DNA from: Chiloscyllium plagiosum
Lineage: Eukaryota
Direction: 5' to 3'
NCBI RefSeq assembly: GCF_004010195.1
Contig: NC_057718.1
Span: 25,361,261-25,386,439 of the forward strand
Length of the DNA stretch: 25,179 bases
In this document: positions 11,965 through 21,239 of the stretch, in pieces
Layout of the letters: each line of letters begins with the position of its first letter
Position numbering within the stretch: position 1 is the first letter of the stretch
The notes under the pieces: generated by a model
The model's database searches: none
Told to the model about the DNA's origin: nothing
What the model saw: the letters and a program-made list of their open reading frames with translations, nothing else
Program-made: the position numbers and the translations under genes

Positions 11965-12500
11965 TGATCCTGTTGGTCTTTTTCACCATTTGCTCAACCT
12001 GGATTGTCACCTTCAATGATTTGTACATATATATCTCAGGTCCCACTGTTCCTGTATCTTTTTACATCGTTTCTCTTCATTCTTCCTTCCTTCCAACATT
12101 TATCACTACACACTTCTTTCCATTGAAATTCATTTTCCACATGTCTGCCTATGTCTTTAGCGTATCTAAATTTTCTTCAAGATTAATTCTACTTCCACAT
12201 TTTGTCATCCGTAACTTTTAAAATTATGTATGTTCAAGTCTAGATCATTAACCTATATCAAGAAGATCAATGATCCTAATAACCAGTCTTTGGAAGGCCA
12301 TTTTAAACCCACTTCCAGTCTGAGAATCAGCCATTCACTGCAGTTGTCTGTTACCTGATAGTTTTTGTCCAGGATGCTCCCTTTAGCTTCAACTTTGTTG
12401 GCAAATCATTTTATGTGGTACTTCATCAGACACATTTTTTGCAAAATAATCTGTACCACGACAACTGTATTATCCACCTCAATTCTCTTCTGTTTTCTCA
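11965..12500 (-). mobile_element. Highly decayed CR1 RT fragment
   Basis: Degenerate matches to the younger copies: gtcaccttcaatgatttgtac, cattgaaattcattttcca, tttgtcatccgtaac (FADD region), tctagatcattaa and ttccagtctgagaa. Confidence 0.65.
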
Positions 12501-12559
12501 TGAAAGAAAACTCAATTAGTCAGTTAACCTCACTTTGAATTTCAGACAGGGCAAAAGCA

Positions 12560-12669
12560 AAGACTGGAGATTAGAGTCGAGAGTGTCATGCTGGAAAATC
12601 ACAGCATGTTAGGCAGCATCTGAGGAGCAGGAGAATCGACATTTTGGGCAAAAGCCCTTCATCAGGAAT
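12560..12669 (-). mobile_element. Penelope 3' terminus with a degenerate hammerhead motif
   Basis: Reverse complement of ~2942-3047. Reads CTGATGAagggcttttgcccAAAATGTC, with the GAAA box mutated. Confidence 0.85.
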
Positions 12670-13265
12670 ATCTCTATCACTCTCATTAGTACTCAATCTC
12701 ACCTTAATAATGCACAGTTTCCCATCTTCCCACCCGCCTGATAGAAACTAGTTGCCAAGAATTCCTGACTTGAAAGTCAGAGCAGTTGTTTGGCAACTTT
12801 AGCTCCTCACTTGTTCCTCCAGATCTCCATTTTGGTCAAACATCACCAAAATCTCAGGGTGCACTCCATGTGATTCATGTACAGTGTGTTCCTGCACTTC
12901 AATGTGGCACTTCAGAGTGGGCTGGTACCTCATTTTAATGCTGCTGCCAGAACATTTTGTATGTAGGGACGGGCACCCAACTCTCAGGTTGGACTCGGCA
13001 TCTCAGGGCTGTCTCACTTGTTGTCTTACTGCTTGCTCATTTGGTGGCTATTTTGTTGCTCACATAATCATTTGTCTGCCCTTGCCTGTTTACGCTTTGA
13101 CCTCTTGGCCAAAGCTTAAAGGCACAGAGTATTTCTGTTTGCCTTGACTTTCAGGGCAGACACAAAGGCAAGCAGCTTGTCACAACTGTCAGCACATATC
13201 TGTCAAATGGATGGACTGTTGCTGTATGGTAGAGTGCTATGTTTACCTCACACTCACTGCATACG

Positions 13266-13450
13266 AGAGAAAGTGAGGACTGCAGATGTTGGAGATCAGA
13301 TTTGAAAAATGTGGGACTGGAAAAGCACAGCAAGTCAGGCAGCATCTGAGGAGCAGGAGAGCCACCCTTTTGGGCATAAGCCCTTCATCAGGACTCTCCT
13401 GATCCTTAGATGATGCCTGACCCGCTGTGCTTTTCCAGAACCACACTTTG
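13266..13450. mobile_element. Inverted Penelope-terminus cassette with degenerate 16-bp target duplication
   Basis: Minus-strand terminus 13266-13393 followed by a plus-strand partial copy 13394-13450. Flanks acactcactgcatacg (13250-13265) and acacccactgtatatg (13451-13466) differ by 3 transitions. Confidence 0.8.
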
Positions 13451-13944
13451 ACACCCACTGTATATGCCTACTGTATATGCAACAAAGAAATTGTCTGATC
13501 TTTAACTGAGCAGCCATATTTCAAAGTCTAAAGGGAGTAGTCCTTAATCAAGTTGAGGGAAATACTTTTCATTCAGGGGATTTTAACAAGGTAAGTTGTG
13601 AGAAGCCTCTGATATTAAGGGCTTGAGAGCTCGGGACAATAATGGTTAGGGAGGCCATATCTCCACAGGGCAAGTTTTGTCCTGTAATGAGAAAGGAAGG
13701 GATGAATTGAGACAAGTGCACATCTGAGCTGTTAGTGTTGGTGCAGTTGGGGGTAAATGGCAAACGTCTTGGTGACTGTCCAAAGAGAAGGGCAAATAGG
13801 GTGTATGGTTCGGGTTTTAGGGTGATTGAGGGAAGATGTTGTATGCAACACTAAAAGTGGCAGAGCATGAGCCTGGTGGGAGATGGGTGCAGTATCAAAG
13901 ATTGGCTAAATATGAGATAACAGAGAGAAGGTGGTTGCACTTAC

Positions 13945-14170
13945 CCTGACAAAGCAGAGATGTCACTTACCTTTTTGTAGCTTTGCTGAGTGTTTCTCTA
14001 TGCTTCAAAGACTGCACTGACCCAGGTGGCCATTTCAGACCAGGTTGGCCAGGTCTGGTGTCTTGGCATCTTGCCAACCCAGGGGCAAGATGATAGTCTT
14101 CCTCTCCAACCCATTCACTAGGACATCCTAGTTCCTATCTGCAAAATTGGGCACCAATTTCCCCTTGTCT
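13945..14170 (-). pseudogene. Relic Myb/SANT-like DNA-binding exon of a PIF/Harbinger transposon (NAIF1/MSANTD-like)
   Basis: Minus-strand translation KGKLVPNFADRN*DVLVNGLERKTII, frameshift, RHQTWPTWSEMATWVSAVFEA*RNTQQSYKKVSDI, ending at a donor AGG|gtaagt (13944-13939). Fits the F..L..L...W..IA..V..R...Q..KK..DL pattern. Confidence 0.65.
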
Positions 14171-14175
14171 TCCCC

Positions 14176-15203
14176 CATAAGACATAGGAGCAGAAATTAA
14201 GCCATTCAGCCTAACAAGTCTGCTCCAGCATTCAACCATGGCTGAAAAGTTTCTCAACCCCATTTTCCTGCTTTCTCTCTTAACCCTTTATCCCCTTGAC
14301 AATCAAGAACCTATCTATCTCAGTTTTAAATATACTCAATTACCTAGCCTCTACAACCTTCTGTGGCAATGAATTCCATAGATTCATCACTCCCTGGCTG
14401 AAGAGGTTTCTACTTATCTCTGTCCTAAGGCTGTGTCCTTGAGTCCTTGTCTGTCCTACCAATGGAAACATCTTCCCAACATCTACTCTATCCAGGCCAT
14501 TCAGTACTATAAGTTTCAATTAGATCCCCCCTCATCTTTCTAAACTCCATCGAGCATAGATCCAGAGTCCTCAAACATTCCTCATATGTTAAGTGTTTCA
14601 TTCCTTAGACCATTCTCATGAACCTCCTCTGAACACGCTCCAGTACCTGTAAATTTTTCATAAGATATGGGGCCCAAAACTGCACACAGTACTCCAAATG
14701 TGGTCTGACCCAAGCCTTAAAGAGCCTCAGACTTACATCCCTGTTTTTATATTCAAGTCCTCTCAAAATAAATGTCATCATTGCAGTTGTCTCCCTAACA
14801 CAACCTGCAAATTTACCTTGAGAGAATCCTGGACTAGAACTCCAAAGTGTCTTTGCCCTTCAGACTTCTGAATTTTCTCCCCACTTAGAAAATAGTCCAT
14901 CCTCGATTCTTCCTACCAAGGTGCATGACCTCATACTTTCCTACGTTGTACTCCTTCAGCTACTTCTTTGCCCATTCTCCTAACCTGTCTAAATCCTTCT
15001 GCATCCTCCCCACCACCTCAATGCTACCAGTCCCTTTACCTATCTTTGTAGCTTCTGCAAACTTCACCAGAATGCCCTTGGTTCCTACATCTAGATCGTT
15101 AATGTATAAAGTGAAAAGTTGTGGTCCCAACACTGAGCCTTGCGGAACACCACTTGTCACTGGCTGCCATTCTGAGAAAGACCTTTTTATCCCCACTCTC
15201 TGC
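14176..15203 (-). mobile_element. 5'-truncated CR1 LINE
   Basis: Tail cataagacataggagcag. Peptide [50 protein letters not shown]. Confidence 0.95.
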
Positions 15204-15479
15204 AATGGCTGGAGCAAAGATTATGACCATGCAGGGCGGCTCTGGGCTGCCATGCTTGACCGAGTGCACAGTGGCCTTTAAATATGCTAACAATGCCAAG
15301 GACTCCAGGAAATTCCAGCAGTGGTGAGTAGTCCACCTATGGTGAGTGAGAGAATCAAGCTAATAATGCATTGGACAAGCAGGGTGCCATCTGGGCATGG
15401 TGTATTGACAAGGAGGATATTTTGTGATAAAAGTGCTGCTTCGTTCCAGGTCCACACTCCCCACATTTTTTAAAATTAT

Positions 15480-15635
15480 AACAATGGATCTTTTGCATCC
15501 TCCTGGGGTCAAATGTGGCCTCTGTTCTGCTGTCAAGTGCCAGATGAGTTTTGTCAATTGTCTGGAGTTTAATGTGTATCCAAAATGTTCTGATTTCAAC
15601 ACAACACTGCTGCCGCTGAACTAATACTGATACTT
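15480..15635 (-). mobile_element. Ancient Deu-domain SINE relic (SacSINE1/AmnSINE-like)
   Basis: atggatcttttgcatcctcctg..ggcctctgtt..tctggagt..ttctgatttca..gctgcc..ctgatac resembles the remembered reverse-complement DeuSINE consensus. Heavily diverged. Confidence 0.45.
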
Positions 15636-16256
15636 GAAGTAGTCTCTCATTAAGAGCATAATCTAACCAGTGCAAATTATATTTCAAGTTTCATTTCTTC
15701 AGTGTTAGCTGAGAGTTGATGGAACCACCATCTTTTTCTTAACATTAAACCTTAACTAACATTCAGATGATCACGAAAAACATTAAATACTGAAAATATA
15801 TCACAATTCCAGGTCCACACTCGCTGCTTTGTAAAAAGTCAGGTTAGTATTTGAGTGTGGACTTTTCTTAGAACTTCAAACAAAGACAAACTAGCCTTTC
15901 AGTTGTCATTGCAATAAGTTTCTCTAGCCCAGCTGTGATGTTTGCATGTTGTTTGTTTTTTTTTGTGAGGATTTGCCATTTTTCTTTCCAGATATTGATG
16001 GACATGGTGCGTTGTTGTAGCCTTCTCTTTTCTTGTAAAATGTTGACCCCAATCCTCCAAAAATAAACTGATCTCAATGACTTTACCAAAATATTCAGAA
16101 ACTTTGCACTTCAGTGGTTCTGGCACAGAGTATACCTGCAGGAATACATTTAAGCAGATTCACAAGGTTGGTCACTTAAATGAACAGTCTCTATGTGTCA
16201 TCTCTGCAGACTCAGACAGGATTGATTTCCTGCATTCAATGGAGGAGATCATTAGG

Positions 16257-18135
16257 GTCATAGAGTCATAGAGATGTATAGCACAGAAACAGACCCTTTG
16301 GTCCAACTCATCCATGCCGAACAGATATTCCAACCTAATCTAGTCCTGCTTGCCAGCACTTGGCCCATATCCCTCAAACCCCTTCCTATTCATATACGCA
16401 TCCAGATGTCTTTTAAATGTTGCAATTGTACCAGCCTCCACCACTTCCTGTGGCAACTCCTTCCATACATGCACCACCCTCTGCGTGAAAAAGTTGCCCC
16501 TTAGGTCCCTTTTATATCTTTTCCCTCTCAACCTAAACCTATGCCCAGTAGTTCTGGACTCGCCCATCCCAGAGAAAAGACTTTGTCTATTTATCCTATC
16601 CATGCCCCTCATGATTTTAAAAACCTCTATAAGGTCACCCCCTCAGCCTCCGACGCTCCAGGGAAACACCCCCAGCTTATCCAGCCTCTTCCTATAGCTG
16701 AAATCCTCCAACCCTGGCAACATCCTCGTAAATCTTTTCTGAACCTTTTAAAGTTTCACAATATCCTTCCAATAGGAAGGAGACCAGAATTGCGTGCAAT
16801 ATTCCAAAAGTCGCCGAACCAACATCCTGTACAGCAGCAAAATGACCTCTCAACTCCGAGCCTCAATATTCTGACCAACAAAGGAAAGCATACCAAATGA
16901 CTTCTTCACTATCTTATCCATCTGCGACTCAACTTTCAAGGAGCTATAAATCTGCATTCCAAGGTCTCTTTGTTCAGCAACACTCACTAGGACCTTACCA
17001 TTATGTGCATATGTTCTGCTAAGATTTGCTTTCCCAAAATGCAGCACCTTGCATTTATCTAAGTTAACTCCATCTGTCACTCCTCAGCCCATTGGCCTGT
17101 CTGATCAAGATCCCATTGTAATCTGAGGTAATCTTCTTCTCTGTCGACTACACCCCAACTTTTGCTTTCATCTGCAAACTTACTAACTATACCTCTTATG
17201 TTCATATCCAAATCATTTAAATAAATGACAACAAATAGTGGACCCAGCACCGATCTTTGTGGCACTCCACTGGTCACAGGCCTCCAGTCTGAAAAACAAC
17301 CCTCCACCACCACCCTCTGTCTTCTAACTTTGAGTCAGTTCTGTATCCAAATAGCTAGTTCTCCCTGTATTCTGAGATCTAACCTTGCTAACCAGTCTCC
17401 CGTGGGGAACCTTGTCAAACGCCTTACTGAAGTCCATATAGATCATGTCCACCACTCTGTCCTCATCAATCCTCCTTTTTAATTTTTCAAAAAACTCAAC
17501 CAAGTTTGTGAGACATGATTTCCCACACACAAAGCCATGCTAACTCTCCCTAATAAGTCCTTGCCTTTCCAAATACTTGTAAATCCTGTCCCTCAGGAAT
17601 CCTGCCAACAACTTGCTCACCACCAACAGGCTCACCTGTCTATAGTTCCCTGTCTTGTCCTTACCATCTTTCTTAAATAATGGTACCACGCTCGCCAACC
17701 TCAAGTTTTCTGGTACCACACCTGTGACTATCAATGATACAAATATCTCAGCAAGGGGCCCAACAATCACTTCCCTAGCTTCCCACAGAGTTCTAGGGCA
17801 CACCTGATCAGGCCCTGAGGATTTATCCACCTTTAATCCATTTCAAGACATCCAGCACTTCCTCCTCTGTTATATGGACATTTTTCAAGATGTCACCATC
17901 TATTTCCCCACATTCTATATCTTCCATGCTCTTCTCCACAGTCAACGCTCCCCCATCTCCTGCGGCTCCATACAAAGGCTGTCTCGCTGATCTTTGAGGG
18001 GCCCTGTTCTCTCCCTAGTGACCCTTTTGTCATTAATGTATTTGTAAAAAACCCTTTGGATCTCCTTAATCCTATTTGCCAATGATATCTCATATCCCCT
18101 TTTTACCCTCCTGATTTCCCTCTTAAATATATCTG
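16257..18135 (-). mobile_element. 5'-truncated CR1 LINE (~1.9 kb) covering the tether and RT regions
   Basis: (CTCTATGA)n tail. Peptides DKSSGPDQVCPRTL, VVPLFKK..GNYRQVSL, GKSCLTNL..YMDFSKAFDKVPHGRL, SGVPQRSVLGP..SKFADESK and NFFTQRVV..W. Confidence 0.95.
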
Positions 18136-18159
18136 CCAGGAATATACTTAATAGTTTGC

Positions 18160-19392
18160 TGACTGGAGGATAGCCAATGTACTTCCTTTTTTCAAGAAGG
18201 GTGGCAGAGATAGGCCAGATAATTATAGATCAGTTTTTCTGACATCAGTGGGATAAATTAGTGGGATAAATACTGAACAACAGGAATAATCAATAGTTGG
18301 AAGGCAGGGATTAACTAAAATAGTCAACATGGATTTGTTTAGTGAGATCCTGTCTAACAAATTTGAGCATTTTTTTCAAAAGGTATTGAGGGTAGTGTAG
18401 TTGTTGTGGTTTATATGTTTGAAAAAGTACCACAGAAGGCTAGATCAAAAGGTAAGAGCTCACAGAATCCAAGGCAAGTTGGCAAACCAGATCAAAAACT
18501 GGCTTAGAAATGGAGCCAAATGGTGAAGAGTTGTTTTTCTTAATTGGAAGCCAGTGACCAGCAATGTACCACAGAGTTCGATGCTGGGACTCTTGCTGTT
18601 TGTTATGTATATTAGCAACTTGAATGTAGAAAGTATAATTAGTAAGTTTGCAGGTGACCTGAAAATTGGTGATGATTTTGATAGTGAGGAGGATGGTCTC
18701 AGGCTACAGTCTGATATTGATCAGCTGGAAAATTGGGCAGAGCAAAGGCAGATGGAATTTAATCCTGATAAGTGCAAGGATGCATACTTTAGGGAGGTCC
18801 CTAGGGAACACTGAGGAACAAAGGGACCCTGGTGTATAAGTACATAGATCGCTGAAACTGTCAGCAAGACAGGGTGGTTTTGAGGCCTATGTGATGCTTG
18901 CCTTTATTAGCTGGGACATAGCATAAAGGAGCAAGGACATTTTGTTACAACTTTCTAAAACATTAGTTAGGCCACAGAGTATTGTGCATCGTTCTGGTCA
19001 CCACACTATCGGAAGAACTTGATTGCACTAGAGAGGGTGCATAGGAGATTCACCAGGATGTTGCCTGGAGTGAAAAAAATTAATTATGAGGAAAGATGGA
19101 TAGATTGAGTTTGTTTTCTTTGGAGCAAAGGAGCCTGGGGAAGATGGAATTGATTTGAGGTATACCAAATTATGAAATGCATTGATGGAGTAGATCATGA
19201 GAATTTCTTCCATAAGTTTAAGATGAGCGAGTGGTTTAGAGGAGATCTGAGAATTTTTTTTCACCCAGAGCATGGTAGATACATAGAATATGCTGCTAGT
19301 GGTTGAGGCTGATACTTTTGCCACATTTAAGAAGCACCTGGATGAGCATTTAAAATGCTCCAAATGGACCAAATGCAAGTAAATGAGATTAG
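18160..19392 (+). mobile_element. Older CR1 LINE, opposite orientation to its neighbour
   Basis: gactggaggatagccaatgt..ttcaagaagg (DWRIANV.P.FKK), VPQSSMLGLLLFVMYISNL..SKFAGDLKIG..QMEFNPDKC and gagtattgtgcatcgttctggtcacc. Many lesions. Confidence 0.9.
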
Positions 19393-19859
19393 TTTGGTGT
19401 TGGTGTACTCTTAACTCTCCAGGGTAGACCTAGCCAGAGTATGATTAATCTTCTTCCTCCAGCAAGGAAGTGCCCTTTTAATCCAATTATCCCTCCGTAC
19501 ATAATTCCCCATGGATCATTCTCTTCATCACAAAGGTCACCCATTTCCAGTGCTGTAGTATTATTAATCGGAAGGGTGGCAATATTACTTGCAGAGGTAA
19601 TAAGAGCTAGTGCTATAAACTATAGAATTCTCACACTTATCCATGATTTGGTACTTTATTATATACCTGGTTACATTAAACCTAACTTCACACATAGCCA
19701 AGTGGTGGCTATGCATAAAGATATTTCATCATCAAAAGTTCCTCATCCTTACGAACACAAACAATGGCTACAATTTTTAATAAGTATTTTGGAATTTTTC
19801 TAAAAATATGCTTAAGTAATTTCAAAGCTTTAATCTCAACCCATATTTTTACTTTACAG

Positions 19860-19946
19860 GAATCGAAGATTGCCACTCTCAATCCGATTAAGACTTGCCA
19901 CATTTTCAATGCCACTCCTACTCCACCAACCTACGTCATGCTTTGA
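19860..19946 (+). CDS. Candidate terminal coding exon: ESKIATLNPIKTCHIFNATPTPPTYVML*
   Basis: Strong acceptor ccatatttttactttacag|G. Phase 0 is compatible with the 9772 donor; stop TGA at 19944-19946, AT-rich DNA downstream, AATAAA at 20597-20602. The frame depends on no missed exons. Confidence 0.4.
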   Translation, partial: ESKIATLNPIKTCHIFNATPTPPTYVML

Positions 19947-20611
19947 AAATAGAAGATGTTGCAAACATGGTTCCTCCATGACATTGGCTCTTTTAGGGTT
20001 GAAGAGAACAACTGAATATGTTCTATGTAGGATAAAGGGACTACATAGTTGTAATTTAGTTGAAATCATGTGGCTCAGTTGAAGTAAAGTTACTGTGGAA
20101 CTCATTGTTGCTGTTATGTCTGTTATCTACAAATATGTTTTTGAGGATAGATTTGCAGTAAAGATATGGTAGGAAAAGAAGCTATAATTTCATAGACTTG
20201 ATTGTTATCTTCTGTGATGTGAATCATACATAAGTTTCATGCAGTTAGATGGCAATAATGTACATTCTTCCTAAAAGGCGGAGACTTAAGATCAAAAATA
20301 ATTAATTCAATTCTTGTGGAATTAATCAAATTAACATTTTGGTGAACAGAGTTTGCTGAATTGTGACAATATAATTACTGGAATTCTTTTAGTCACCCTT
20401 ACAGCACGCAAGCATGCATCAATAGTGAACAGTTCAATGAACGGTATTTTATTATCATGACCATTATTTTTAAATTGATGCAACACTGCAATGTGAGGCA
20501 TTAATGTAGAATGGTGGCAATCAGACTTTCGAAAAATGTGGTTACAAATCTAACATACATTATCCTAAAAAAGTACTTACTAACTAGATAAAAGTGAATA
20601 AATTAATGGAT

Positions 20612-20783
20612 AATGCAGTAAAAACTTTGCAACTGACGCTAGGCTTTATAATGTCCGAGACACCCGCACCAATCAACCAAACCGCCCCATGGCTCAACAT
20701 TTCAACTCTCCCTCCCACTCTGCCGAGGATATGGAGGTGCAATGCAGTAAAAACTTTGCAACTGACGCTAGGCTTTATAATGT
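20612..20783 (+). repeat. Perfect 43-bp direct repeat flanking an 86-bp internal Penelope endonuclease fragment
   Basis: aatgcagtaaaaactttgcaactgacgctaggctttataatgt at 20612-20654 and 20741-20783. The insert encodes RDTRTNQPNRPMAQHFNSPSHSAEDMEV, homologous to ~2520-2600. Confidence 0.9.
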
Positions 20784-20963
20784 TCAATGAAGATCATAAG
20801 ATTACCTTGACTATCCAGTAAGTACAAATTAGACTGAACATTTTGGAAGAAGTTACTGTTTCTGCCTAGGATGCTGTGCAGCCAACAAGCTGAAGAAACC
20901 ATGAGATTTGGTTTAGAGAAGAAAATGGAATAACTGAGATGAATAGACGTTTTCTTTATTGTG

Positions 20964-21239
20964 GTAAAAACAATGATTGCAGATGCTGGAAACCAGATTC
21001 TGGATCAGTGGTGCTGGAAGAGCACAGCAATTCAGGCAGCATCCGAAGACAGGCAAAATCGATGTTTCGGGCAAAAGCCCTTCCCCCACTGACCTATTGT
21101 ACTCTACGCTACTCTATCCCCACCCCCACCCTCCTCTAGCTTATCTCTCCACGCTTCAGGCTCTCTGCCTTTATTCCTGATGAAGGGCTTTTGCCCGAAA
21201 CATCGATTTTGCCTGTCCTCGGATGCTGCCTGAATTGCT
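20964..21239. mobile_element. Young inverted Penelope-terminus cassette with 15-bp target-site duplication
   Basis: 60-bp inverted arms at 21024-21083 and 21182-21241 (1 mismatch). Flanking direct repeat gttttctttattgtg at 20949-20963 and 21240-21254. Confidence 0.88.
21173..21208 (+). ncRNA. Minimal type I hammerhead ribozyme motif, core intact
   Basis: attc-CTGATGA(21177-21183)-a-GGGC-tttt-GCCC-GAAA(21197-21200)-ca-TC-gatt. Predicted cleavage after C21204. Stems I and III are weak. Confidence 0.65.

Noticed and set aside
13577..13590. 14-nt micro-exon between ttttcattcag| and |gtaagt
   Set aside because: It would shift the frame, lies in a probable transposon relic, and such motif pairs arise by chance.
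15204..15324. Exon-like stretch [12 protein letters not shown]...QQW ending at gtgagt
   Set aside because: No acceptor because it abuts a CR1 end. More likely the continuation of the Harbinger relic.
20612..20783. Repeat-spacer-repeat resembling a mini CRISPR array with a mobile-element spacer
   Set aside because: Only two repeats, an 86-bp spacer, no cas genes, and a vertebrate context. A target duplication explains it more simply.
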